Assembly (NCBI GenBank): GCA_002269645.1
Contig: NIVC01000554.1
Span: 113,781-177,780, forward strand
DNA from: Macrostomum lignano
Taxonomy: Eukaryota
Length of the DNA stretch: 64,000 bases
Direction of reading: 5' to 3'
Numbering within the stretch: position 1 is the first letter of the stretch; every line of letters begins with the position of its first letter. Both the position numbers and the translations under genes were made by a program. The notes below the pieces were generated by a model, which saw only the letters and a list, made by a program, of their open reading frames with translations, did no database searches and was not told the origin of the DNA. This document shows positions 1-11,470 of this stretch, one piece after another.

Positions 1-299
1 AGAGGTTCTTCAATTCAAGAGTTATTATATTTATTACTAAATCCAGAATTATAATTGATGTAACTAGGGGATATAAGAATAATCCCAAACAGCGAAAATT
101 CTTAAATTTATGCATATAGTAATATTTAATTCACCTATATAAATAATAGGTATAACATTATATTGTAGTAATACGACCCATTATTTTCTGCTATTGTTTT
201 TATTAATAAGCATCAAAAAAGCTTTTCTCTTTATGTTCTCCTTAGGCCTACCCAACATACATAACCTATATTTGAAATTAAATCTCACTTATCATTTAG

Positions 300-754
300 A
301 TGGGTTGTTGTTCTACAAAAGCTACCAAGACTTTGACGATGTGGTTAGTGGAGTGACAACCAAGGTGAAAGGAGTTCAATACACCAACCTCACTGGCACA
401 AGTATTGGCGCCAGGATTTGGGATGTTGCGGACTATGTTGTTCCACCGCAGGTTTGCCTTTTTACTTTCTATATTTTTGTTTATATTAAATGATCTCTTT
501 CTAAAAGGTGTGTGTCAGCACTGTTGCTTTAAGTCTCGTTCGGGGAATGATCAATGCAATAAATAGACATTGTCATGATTTGCCATTGATGCCTTGTAAG
601 ACAGACAAAGATGACAAACTGTGCAGGAATTTTAGACAGGCATCCAAGACAAATTGGCACTGAGACACATGCTTTATATACACAGACAGACAAACAGACA
701 GACACTAAGACAGACAGACAGGCAGGAGGCAGGCAGACAGACAGACAGACAGGC

Positions 755-791
<37 letters not shown>

Positions 792-3700
792 GCAGACAGG
801 CAGACAGACAGACAGACAGACAGACACTAAGAGACAGACAGGCAGGCAGGCAGACAGACAGACACGAGACAGGCAGACAGAGACAGATAGGCAGGCAGAC
901 AGACAGGCAGACAGGCAGATAGGCAGACAGACAGACAGAGACAGACAGGCAGGCAGACAGACAGGCAGACAGACAGACAGACAGACAGACAGGCAGACAC
1001 TAAGACAGACAGGCAGGCAGGCAGACAGACAGACAGACAGGCAGACAGAGACAGATAGGCAGGCAGACAGACAGGCAGACAGGCAGATAGGCAGACAGAC
1101 AGACAGAGACAGACAGGCAGACATACAGAGAGGCAATCAGGCAGACAGACAGGCCACATCAGAGTCGCCACCAACCACAACCCCAGAGAACAACGCATTC
1201 TTCATCACCACAAACGCGGTGGTGACCCGGGACCAGACGCAGGGCGCATGCGACGAAGACCCCAGCGTGGCGCCCTGCTTCTCGGACGCGGACTGCCCGG
1301 CCGGCAAGCCGCAGATGCTTGGCAACGGCAACGGAGTCAACACCGGCCGGTGCGTGCCGTCAAGCCAGGCGCCCAATAAAAACATCATGCGAAATTTTGG
1401 CCTGGTGCCCGGTTGAGGTCGACCAGCTACCGGCTGGCGGAACCATGTTCCCAGAGGCTGTGAACTTCACTGTGCTCATCAAGGACAGCATTGAGTTTCC
1501 TTTGTTTGGCGTTAAACGGTTCGTTTTTTAATTACTATCATACATGCGCAACTTTGGGAATCACTCGGCCGTTTCTATTGGCAACACATACATGTAAGTC
1601 GGTATTGGCTGAGAGCAGTCACGTGACTACTATTCCATCCAATAGCGACTTACGTGTGTGTGTTGCCAATAGAAACGGCGAGTGAATCCAAAGGTTGCGC
1701 CCAAGCATGATTACTATTGATGATTTAGTGGATTTATGATGTTGATTCCTCACTTCCGGTCATTTAGTGGGGTTGGGGATTCCTCACTTCCGGTCATTTA
1801 GTGGGGTTGGGGATTCCTCACTTCCGGTCTTTTAGTGGGTGAGGATTCCTTACTTCCGGTCATTTAGTGGGTTGGGGATTCCTCACTTCCGGTCATTTAG
1901 CGGGGTTGTGGATTCCTCACTTCCGGTCATTTAGTGGGGTTGGGGATTCCTCACTTCCGGTCTTTTTCTGTGGTTGTGATTCCTCACTTCCGGTCATTTG
2001 TGGGGTTGGGGATTCCTCACTTCCGGTCATTTAGCGAGGTTGTGGATTCCTCACTTCCGGTCATTTAGTGGGGTTGGGGATTCCTCACTTCCGGTCTTTT
2101 TCTGTGGTTGTGATTCCTCACTTCCGGTCATTTTGTGGGGTTGGGGATTCCTCACTTCCGGTCTTTAGTGGGGTGAGGATTCCTTACTTCCGGTCATTTT
2201 GTGGGGTTGGGGATTCCTCACTTCCGGTCATTTAGCGAGGTTGTGGATTCCTCACTTCCGGTCATTTAGTGGGGTTGGGGATTCTCACTTCCGGTCTTTT
2301 TCTGTGGTTGTGATTCCTCACTTCCGGTCATTTGTGGGGTTGGGGATTCCTCACTTCCGGTCATTTAGCGAGGTTGTGGATTCCTCACTTCCGGTCATTT
2401 AGTGGGGTTGGGGATTCCTCACTTCCGGTCTTTTTCTGTGGTTGTGATTCCTCACTTCCGGTCATTTTGTGGGGTTGGGGATTCCTCACTTCCGGTCATT
2501 TAGCGAGGTTGTGGATTCCTCACTTCCGGTCATTTAGTGGGGTTGGGGATTCCTCACTTCCGGTCTTTTTCTGTGGTTGTGATTCCTCACTTCCGGTCAT
2601 TTTGTGGGGTTGGGGATTCCTCACTTCCGGTCATTTAGCGAGGTTGTGGATTCCTCACTTCCGGTCATTTAGTGGGGTTGGGGATTCCTCACTTCCGGTC
2701 TTTTTCTGTGGTTGTGATTCCTCACTTCCGGTCATTTTGTGGGGTTGGGGATTCCTCACTTCCGGTCATTTAGCGAGGTTGTGGATTCCTCACTTCCGGT
2801 CATTTAGTGGGGTTGGGGATTCCTCACTTCCGGTCTTTTTCTGTGGTTGTGATTCCTCACTTCCGGTCATTTTGTGGGGTTCACTTCCGGTCATTTAGCG
2901 AGGTTGTGGATTCCTCACTTCCGGTCATTTAGTGGGGTTGGGGATTCCTCACTTCCGGTCATTTAGTGGGGTTGGTGATTCGTTCTGTTGATTTTTCATT
3001 TCTCACACTGATGTTCAACTGTGCTTAAGTATTAAGTATTAGCTCTTAGAAACGATGTGACATTTACCAAAACTTCAGCCGCAACGTGCTAGATTATTAC
3101 AACTCAAGCCAGCTGCAGAACTGTGTGTACAACCCTGACACGGATATGTACTGCCCAGTGTTTCGAATTGGCGACATTCTTAAACTGGCTGGCATCGATA
3201 ATTTCACTAAAATTGCCACAGTGGTGAGTGACCACCTGTTATTATGCTTGCATGGATTAAATGGACAAGGGGTTGTAGCCCAGTGGTCAGAGCGTCGGAT
3301 TCACCACTGAAAGGTCGAGGGTTCGATTCCCGACCCACACTCGGAACAATTTGGGTCCTTGAGCAAGACACTTAACTCTGCATTGCTTCAGTTCACCCAG
3401 CTGTAAAATGGGTGCCAGCATTAGCTGGGGTGATTGAGGCTGTGTGGTGAACCCCCATGCTGCTGCGGCTGAGCTGTCGGTTGAGTCAATTATTATTATT
3501 TTTATTGACTTCGCCAAACACTTGCAGGGCGGCGTGGTGTCCATCACGGTGAACTGGGACTGCAACCTGGACTGGGACGCCTCCTACTGCAATCCGACTT
3601 ACAGATTTCGCCGACTTGACGATGAGAACACAAAAATTGCTAAAGGCTGGAATTTTCGTTACGCCAATTATTATCGGATTAACGACACGGATCACCGGAC

Positions 3701-5528
3701 TCTGATCAAAGCCTACGGTCTGAGATTTGTTGTCTACGTGACTGGCAGGGCTGGCCGCTTCAATGTCATCCCGCTGACTATGAACCTTGGCTCCGGGCTA
3801 GCTCTACTGGGTATTGTGAGTGCTGCCCGATATGTATCGAAAATTAGTTTCATGTTAGCAATTTTTTCCTGCATTCATCATGGATTCTGATAACTAAACT
3901 CAGATTTCTAATGATCAGGCATGTAAACTCTCTAACTTGAGGGTTGGCCCTCATGTGTCATTCTATCAATAGATTGAAAATGGCACTCTTCTAGATTGAA
4001 AATGGCACTCTTCTAGATTGAAAGTGGCACTCTTCTAGATTGAAAATGGCACTCTTCTAGATTGAAAATGGCACTCTTCTAGATTGAAAATGGCACTTTT
4101 TAAGATTGAAAATGGCACTCTTCTAGATTGAAAATGGCACTCTTCTAGATTGAAAATGGCACCTTATAGATTGAAAATGGCACTCTTCTAGATTGAAAAT
4201 GGCACTCTTCTAGTTTGAGAATGGCACTCTTCTAGATTGAAAATGGCACTCTTCCAGATTGAAAATGGCACTCTTCTAGATTGAAAATGGCACTCTTCTA
4301 GATTGAAAATGGCACTCTTCTAGATTGAAAATGGCACTCTTCTAGATTGAAAATGGCACTCTTCTAGATTGAAAATGGCACTCTTCTAGATTGAAAATGG
4401 CACTCTTCTAGATTGAAAATGGCACTCTTCTAGATTGAAAATGGCACTCTTCTAGATTGAAAATGGCACTCTTCTAGATTGAAAATGGCACCCTTATAGA
4501 TTGAAAATGGCACTCTTCTAGATTGAAAATGGCACTCTTCTAGATTGAGAATGGCACTCTTCTAGATTGAAAATGGCACTCTTCCAGATTGAAAATGGCA
4601 CTCTTCTAGATTGAAAATGGCACTCTTCCAGATTGAAAATGGCACTCTTCTAGATTGAAAATGGCACTCTTCTAGATTGTAAATGGCACTCTTCTAGATT
4701 GAAAATGGCACTCTTCTAGATTGAAAATGGCACTCTTCTAGATTGAAAATGGCACTCTTCTAGATTGAAATGGCACTCTTCTAGATTGAAAATGGCACTC
4801 TTCTAGATTGAGAATGGCACTCTTCTAGATTGAAAATGGCACTCTTCTAGATTGAAAATGGCACTCTTCTAGATTGAAAATGGCACTCTTCTAGATTGAA
4901 AGTGGCACTCTTCTAGATTGAAAATGGCACTCTTCTAGATTGAAAATGGCACTCTTCTAGATTGAAAATGGCACTCTCTAGATTGAAAGTGGCACTCTTC
5001 TAGATTGAAAATGGCACTCTTCTAGATTGAAAATGGCACTCTTCTAGATTGAAAATGGCACTTTTCTAGATTGAAAATGGCACTCTTCTAGATTGAAAAA
5101 TGGCACTCTTCTTGATTGAAATAGTTAAAAAATCAAAGGTTTAGATGATGCCTTGCTCTTTACATTCTCTACCAGGCGACGGTCCTGTGCGACATGATTG
5201 TACTCTACCTGCACCATAAGAAGGTCATCTATCGTGGAGCCAAGTACGAGACACTGGAAGATGATGACGCTTACAGGGTAATTGAGTCCAGATATTAAAG
5301 AATTTTGGGTAAATGGCGAGAGTAGCTATACTTTGACTGACAAAACTAAAAGCCTCATTATCTTGTTAGTTAGTAACTTTTATCCCCTATCCTTTAAAAT
5401 TCCCAAAGCTGATGAACGAAGAAGACGATGGCCTGCTCAGCGAGACTTCTCAAGATGCGCGCCAGCGAGTTCGCGCCTCGGCCCAGGCGCTGGATCCACC
5501 GGGTGGCAACTACGGAGCTATAGAGTGA
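300..5528 (+). CDS. P2X: P2X purinoceptor (ATP-gated cation channel); first exon lies upstream of the window; apparent frameshift(s)
   Basis: Exons about 300-451, ~1189-1518, 3079-3223, 3528-3815, 5176-5277 and 5409-5528 (TGA), mostly with clean GT-AG ends. P2X motifs: TTKVKG, WDVADYVVPPQ, TGRC, CEILAWCPVE, NFTVLIK, YCPVFRIG, GWNFRYANYY, RTLIKAYG, TM2 LGSGLALLGIATVLCD and YxxxK. One extra A in the run at 1378-1382 shifts the frame. Confidence 0.95.
682..1152. repeat. (GACA/GGCA)n microsatellite in P2X intron
   Basis: Tetranucleotide repeat visible directly. Confidence 0.95.
1546..1700. mobile_element. Palindromic MITE-like hairpin element
   Basis: Left arm gcgcaactttgggaatcactcggccgtttctattggcaacacatacatgtaagtcggtattgg is a near-perfect reverse complement of the right arm ccaatagcgacttacgtgtgtgtgttgccaatagaaacggcgagtgaatccaaaggttgcgc. 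The spacer contains the palindrome agtcacgtgact. Confidence 0.65.
1742..2980. repeat. ~34-bp minisatellite with 135-bp (4-monomer) higher-order repeat
   Basis: Invariant core gattcctcacttccggtc. The variant tttttctgtgg recurs at 2431, 2566 and 2701, a period of 135. Confidence 0.95.
3269..3506 (+). mobile_element. tRNA-derived SINE with CORE-like central domain (copy 1, internally deleted)
   Basis: A box tagcccagtgg and B box ggttcgattccc, then ccttgagcaagacacttaactc...cttcagttcacccagctgtaaaatggg (resembles the MIR/CORE domain), then an (att)n tail. A second copy lies at 6107-6411. Confidence 0.8.
3968..5122. repeat. 22-bp minisatellite (tagattgaaaatggcactcttc)n in P2X intron
   Basis: About 50 highly homogeneous units. 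Confidence 0.97.
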
Positions 5529-5847
5529 GCAGCCTGTGTACTCAAGTATCTTGAGAATATGTTTTGGAACTGTATGTGTACTTATAAACTGCACTGACAG
5601 CCTCAAAGATCTGTTAGCTGTTAAATTCTCACAAATTGATTTCATTCGAGAATCTAGAGCTGAATGTACTTTACAATTTTTTTAACAAAAATATTTTGTA
5701 TTCTAATTGTTTACAAGAATTTATGCTACTTCTTACAAAAGTAGATTATGCACCACATTCGTCTTTAATTTTGATTTTGATAAACTTGTGATTAGTTAAA
5801 AAATGCATCATATTAAGACTCGCATGATTATCCTGCCTTTTTTAAAG

Positions 5848-5853
5848 AATAAA
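5848..5853 (+). terminator. Candidate polyadenylation signal of P2X
   Basis: AATAAA about 320 nt after the stop codon; position only. Confidence 0.4.
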
Positions 5854-6106
5854 ACTACGGTTGCTACTGTTAGTAAATAATATCGGATATTCTGAGTGTT
5901 TTCTGCACGGGCGGTTAAGTTTTTTCTCAAGTTAACGTCGGAAGTTTTCTGTTGTACTTTAATATATACGCTCGTATTTGGAATTGTTCAAAAGTTGTTC
6001 TTTTCATGAGAACTGTTTACTCCAATGAAGTATTTTTTTCATAAATTTTCAACATTGCTTTTAGTGTTATCTTTTTATTTTAACTTTACTTACAATTACG
6101 ACCGTA

Positions 6107-6411
6107 TTATATAATAACTGAATTCACCCTGCCCCAATGGGCAGATGTGCAACCGACAGCTCAGCCGCAGCTATTGCGCAGCGCATCTGAAGGCTGCGTA
6201 CGGCTGTTCAGTCCAAGGACTGGGGGGGGGGTCGCCACACACACCCTCAATTACCCCAGCTAATGCTGGGTATCCATTTTACAGCTGGGTGAACTGAAGC
6301 AATGCAGAGCTAAGTGTCTTGCTCAAGGACACAAATTGTTCCAGTGGGCTGGGAATCGAACCCCAGACCTCTCAGTCGTGAGTCCGTCGCTCTAACCACT
6401 GGGCTACAACC
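6107..6411 (-). mobile_element. tRNA-derived CORE-like SINE (copy 2, longer)
   Basis: The reverse complement reads ggttgtagcccagtggttagagcg...ggttcgattccc...gtccttgagcaagacactt...cagctgtaaaatgg...gctgcggctgagctgtcggttg, colinear with copy 1. Confidence 0.8.
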
Positions 6412-7153
6412 TAACTAAATTTATTGCCAGAACTAATTACAACACTACTAACAAGTATTTTAAAGCAGTAGTATCACTGCATATTCAATATCAGTTAGAT
6501 ACTATTTATTATTTCAATAGCTATTCACGACACGGCAAAGGTTGAAAAAGTGAAAAATCGAGCTAATCATATGGAAATCTGCGCTGATTACTGTTATACA
6601 AAAAACTTGCAGACTACTTAAAAAAAGTGGGTGCACGGAGATAAACAATTGAATCTTCTTTTTGAGGATTATTACACGCAACTAAGTGGTGAGTAAATAC
6701 TGAAAATTTTGCAAGATAAACTACAGTTTCAGCCTGTGTGCACACAACATCTTTGCATAAGATATATATTAATAAGCGGGTTGGATAAAACCCGAGATCA
6801 AAGTCTTTGTTCACTAAATATATCAAACTGGCTCAATCAGAGCTTATAGCATAAATCTAACACAGAGTAAAGGAAAATAAAAAAATTGAATACAAATTTG
6901 GCGCAAATTTATATTGACATGTTCGTGTTTAAATTACTAAAAGTAGAACAGTTAACATATTTTGCTATTTCACTTTGTAGATAATTAAAAATTAAATTTA
7001 GCTGATAGAAAATGGATATATAAATCAAAGTAACACCTTGGGTGCATGTAGCGCACTTGTAATTGTATATAGATTTCTATCTGTTAATCACTCGTAGAGC
7101 GTGCAATGTACATGGCAGGTTAATTGTACATTCGATTTCATTTCGAATACTGA

Positions 7154-7735
7154 TTAACCTTCATAGATAACGTAGCCCGACAGTCCGTACTCCCGGCATA
7201 ACTCATCGATTTCGCTGTCGTCAAACAGCCGGCTCGAACTGCCAGTCGATTCGGCTCCTTTGCGCCGCTTTGTGGCACCGCCGCTGCCAATACTACTAAT
7301 AGTACCACTCGAACTGGCAGTTTGTTGATTTTTCTTTCTCGGAAAATTTTTCTGCCGAAGCTTTCGACGCTTTCGACTGCATTTTCGCTGCAGATTAGGC
7401 GGCGCCTGCTGCTGTTGCTGCTGCTGCTGCTGGCTGACCGTGGACAGCTCCTGGAGCAGCCGTGTGCGGAGTCTGCGGAGCACCTGAGCCTCAGTTGGAG
7501 GCCTGGCAGGAGCAGTAGCAGCGGACTCCGAGCTAGAGGACGTCGAACAGTCCACAGCGGCGGCTCCGAACAGGTCGAGACCACCGGCAGCGTTCATGCC
7601 GCGGTTGCTGGCGCATTTCTCGCGGAATTCGCCGATCAGTTCGAGTACAACTTGATGCCGATCGCTCTTGGCGCTGTCTAGCAGGCGCTCGGAGACGGAT
7701 CTGGGGGGTTCAGGAATCGAACCAGGGATCGTCAC
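7154..7735 (-). CDS. Probable terminal exon of the RING/coiled-coil gene (splice junction unresolved)
   Basis: GC-rich 193-codon open frame with a helical segment, polyQ and a basic cluster (RKRRKLRQKNFPRKK), downstream of and co-oriented with the RING gene. No clean in-phase acceptor was found. Confidence 0.4.
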   Translation of the reverse strand: MTIPGSIPEPPRSVSERLLDSAKSDRHQVVLELIGEFREKCASNRGMNAAGGLDLFGAAAVDCSTSSSSESAATAPARPPTEAQVLRRLRTRLLQELSTVSQQQQQQQQQAPPNLQRKCSRKRRKLRQKNFPRKKNQQTASSSGTISSIGSGGATKRRKGAESTGSSSRLFDDSEIDELCREYGLSGYVIYEG

Positions 7736-7914
7736 GAGAGTCAGGCTCGTTCACTGCCGCTCTACTCAACCGCGATGATTTTTGCGTAAATCTTGCCCGC
7801 AAACCTCCAAAAAATGAAAGCAAAAAACTGCCTCATCGTGCATTCCACCGTTTCCTTCTCCGCCACCTGCTCTCTTCTTACCCCAGAATAACTTAATCTG
7901 CTCCTCCCTTCCAT

Positions 7915-8362
7915 ATCCGCCCTCGATCTTTCCCTATCCGCCCCTCGATCTTTCCCTATCCGCCCCTCGATCTTTCCCTATCCGCCTCTCGATCTTTCCC
8001 TATCCGCCCCTCGATCTTTCCCTATCCGCCCTCGATCTTTCCCTATCCGCCTCTCGATCCGTCCCTATCCGCCCTCGATCTTTCCCTATCCGCCTCTCGA
8101 TCCTTCCCCATCCGCCCCTCTATCTTTCTCTTTCCGCCCCTCGATCCTTCCCTATCCGCCCCTCGATCTTTCCCTATCCGCCTCTCGATCTTTCCCTATC
8201 CGCCCCTCGATCTTTCCCTATTCGCCCCTCGATCTTTCCCTATCCGCCCCTCGATCTTTCTCTATCCGCCCCTCGATCTTTCCCTATCCGCCCCTCGATC
8301 TTTCCCTATCCGCCTCTCGATCCTTCCCCATCCGCCCCTCCCTCCCCCATCCGCCCCCCATC
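7915..8362. repeat. 22-bp minisatellite (ccgcccctcgatctttccctat)n
   Basis: Tandem units visible directly; starts right at the exon donor. Confidence 0.95.
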
Positions 8363-8367
8363 CACAC

Positions 8368-9548
8368 CTCCTGGCCAGGCAGTCCTTGGCCCGCCGCCGT
8401 TTCTCCTTGACCTGCGCCTTCGCTCCGGCCAGGGCTTCGCCAATCGCCTCGCGTTCGTCGCGCACAGCCTCCTCTATGGCGTCGAAGACTCCGTCGATTT
8501 CTCGCTGACTCGCTCGAAGCTCGGCAAGGCGTCGGCGACAGTCGGCAACGTCTGAGCGGAGCCGCGACTCGTCCGGCAGTCGAGCGAGCTCCTTGGCGGC
8601 CCGGTCCGAGAACTCCTCGGCCAGGCCCTGGTGGAGGGGGTTGGACTGGTCCTTTGGCTGGGCCACCTCCACATACTACAGCTAGGGTCGTCTAATCCAC
8701 TGTCAATGGACATTCCAGTCCCCTAGCTGTCTATGGACATTCCAGTCTCCTAGCTGTCTATGGACATTCTAGTAGTCCCCTAGACTGTCTATGGACATTC
8801 CAGTCCCCTAGACTGTCTATGGACATTCCAGTCTCCTAGCTGTCTATGGACATTCTAGTAGTCCCCTAGACTGTCTATGGACATTCCAGTCCCCTAGACT
8901 GTCTATGGACATTCCAGTCCCCTAGACTGTCTATGGACATTCCAGTCCTTTAGACTGTCAATGGACATTCCAGTCCCCTAGCTGTCTATGGACATTCCAG
9001 TCTCCTAGCTGTCTATGGACATTCCAGTCCTTTAGACTGTCTATGGACATTCCAGTCCCCTAGACTGTCTATGGACATTCCAGTCCCCTAGACTGTCTAT
9101 GGACATTCCAGTCCCCTAGACTGTCTATGGAAATTCCAGTTGCAGGTATGACAAGAGCCGGAGGTTTGCGCCAAATCTTTTCCAAAAGCCTTACCTGTCC
9201 CATCTGCATCAGCGGCCGCATCTCGCGCAGTCTGGCCACGTGAAAATTTCTTGGCAGCGCCTCGGGGCCCGCCGGCGGCGTCTGGCAGACCCGACGGCAG
9301 CACGGGCAGACAAGACGGCCACCGCTGCCACTGCCGCTGCCGCCGCCCCGAAGCTGTTGCAAGCGAACCAAGCAGTCCAGACAGAAGGTGTGCAGACAGG
9401 GCAGAGCTCTTGGATCGCGAAATTCTTCTAAACAGACGCCGCAAGTCAAAGCGGACGAGTAGCAGTTGGGAGTCATGTCTTCCTTGACGATGTCCTGACG
9501 CTCCTTATGTGCAGCTGTTGATGATGAGTGGGATGCTGGCATGTTCAT
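8368..9548 (-). CDS. RING-HC plus coiled-coil (TRIM-like) E3 ubiquitin ligase, exons 1-2
   Basis: Exon 9548-9195 encodes CGVCLEEFRDPRALPCLHTFCLDCL...CPCCR...LPRNF (TRIM-type C3HC4 RING) and ends CAG|GTAAGG. Exon 8675-8368 follows a tgtag acceptor and encodes a coiled-coil-like helix. Confidence 0.8.
8697..9140. repeat. 28-bp minisatellite (acattccagtcccctagactgtctatgg)n in RING gene intron 1
   Basis: Tandem units visible directly. Confidence 0.95.
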
Positions 9549-9714
9549 GTTCTGATGCTTATAGGTTTTGACTATTCGAATTGCGTTATGCTTAAGAAAT
9601 ATTCTTATGCGTATTTCAGTTAAGAGAAAGAACCGCGTTTTGTGCCATAGACATCGCCACTCCTGACAATAATCCATTGGCTATACCTGAAGCCGCATAC
9701 ACTACTTACGGGGG

Positions 9715-11470
9715 AAATGGCGCCTCTCCTCAAATGAACTGGCGCCTTTTCCTCAATAGAATGTGCCGCTCCTAATGGAATGGCGCCTCTCATCATGGAC
9801 TGGCGCCTCTCATCATGGACTGGCGCCTCTCCTCATGGAATGGCGCCTCTCCTCATGGAATGGCGCATCTCCTCAAATGAAATGGCGCCTCTCCTCAAAT
9901 GAAATTGCGCCTCTCCTCAAATGAAATTGCGCCCCTCCTCAAATGACATGGCGCCTCTCCTCAAATGAAATTGCGCCCCTCCTCAAATGACATGGCGCAT
10001 CTCCTCAAATGAAATGGCGCCTCTCCTCAAATGAAATTGCGCCCCTCCCCATACGAAATGGCGCCTCTCCTCAAATGACATGGCGCATCTCCTCAAATGA
10101 AATGGCGCCTCTCCTCAAATGAAATGGCACCTCTCCTCAACTGAAATGGCGCCTCTCCTCAAATGAACTGGCGCCTTTTCCTCAATAGAATGTGCCTCTC
10201 CTAATGGAATGGCGCCTCTCCTCATGGAATGGCGCCTCTCCTCATGGAATGGCGCCTCTCCTCATGGAATGGCGCATCTCCTCAAATGAAATGGCGCCTC
10301 TCCTCATGGAATGGCGCATCTCCTCAAACGAAATGGCGCCTCTCCTCAAATGACATGGCGCATCTCCTCAAATGAAATGGCGCCTCTCCTCAAATGAAAT
10401 GGCGCCTCTCCTCAACTGAAATGGCGCCTCTCCTCAAATGAACTGGCGCCTTTTCCTCAATAGAATGTGCCTCTCCTAATGGAATGGCGCCTCTCATCAT
10501 GGACTCGCGCCTCTCCTCATGGAATGGCGCCTCTCCTCATGAAATGGCGCCTCTCCTCAAATGAAATTGCGCCTCTCCTCAAATGAAATTGCGCCCTCCC
10601 AAACGAAATGGCGCCTCTCCTCAAATGACATGGCGCATCTCCTCAAATGACATGGCGCATCTCCTCAAATGACATGGCGCATCTCCTCAAATGACATGGC
10701 GCCTCTCCTCAAATGACATGGCGCCTCTCCTGAAATGAATTGGCGCCTCTCCTCAAATGACATGGCGCCTCTCCTGAAATGAATTGGCGCCTCTCCTCAA
10801 ATGACATGGCGCCTCTCCTCAAATGACATGGCGCATCTCCTCAAATGACATGGCGCATCTCCTCAAATGAAATGGCGCCTCTCCTCAAATGACATGGCGC
10901 CTCTCCTGAAATGAATTGGCGCCTCTCCTCAAATGAATTGGCGCCTCTCCTCAAATGACATGGCGCCTCTCCTCAAATGACATGGCGCCTCTCCTGAAAT
11001 GAATTGGCGCCTCTCCTCAAATGAAATGGCGCCTCTCCTCAAATGACATGGCGCCTCTCCTCAAATAAAATGGCGCCTCTCCTCAAATGAAATGGCGCCT
11101 CTCCTCAAATAAAATGGCGCCTCTCCTCAAATAAAATGGCGCCTCTCCTCAAATGAAATGGCGCCTCTCCTCAAATGACATGGCGCCTCTCCTCAAATAA
11201 AATGGCGCCTCTCCTCAAATGAAATGGCGCCTCTCCTCAAATGAAATGGCGCCTCTCCTCAAATGAAATGGCGCATCTCTTCAACTGAAATGGCGCCTCT
11301 CCTCAAATGAAATGGCGCCTCTCCTCAAATGAAATGGCGCATCTCTTCAACTGAAATGGCGCCCCTCCTGAAATGAATTGGCGCCTCTCTTAAAATGAAT
11401 TGGCGCCTCTCCTGAAATGACATGGTGCTTCACATCAACTGAAATGGCTCCCTTCTCAAATGTCAGGGCA
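9715..11470. repeat. 22-bp minisatellite (ggcgcctctcctcaaatgaaat)n
   Basis: About 1.75-kb array with variant blocks. Confidence 0.97.

Noticed and set aside
611-1198. QTDR and SVCL repeat ORFs (also at 45148-45456 and 58779-59460)
   Set aside because: Translations of (GACA)n microsatellites.
3269-3345. Functional tRNA gene (also 6335-6411)
   Set aside because: The anticodon and acceptor stems pair poorly, and both copies continue into a shared non-tRNA body, which indicates a SINE head.
1742-5122. Regular arrays as possible CRISPR arrays
   Set aside because: No unique spacers, no cas genes, and a eukaryotic intronic context.
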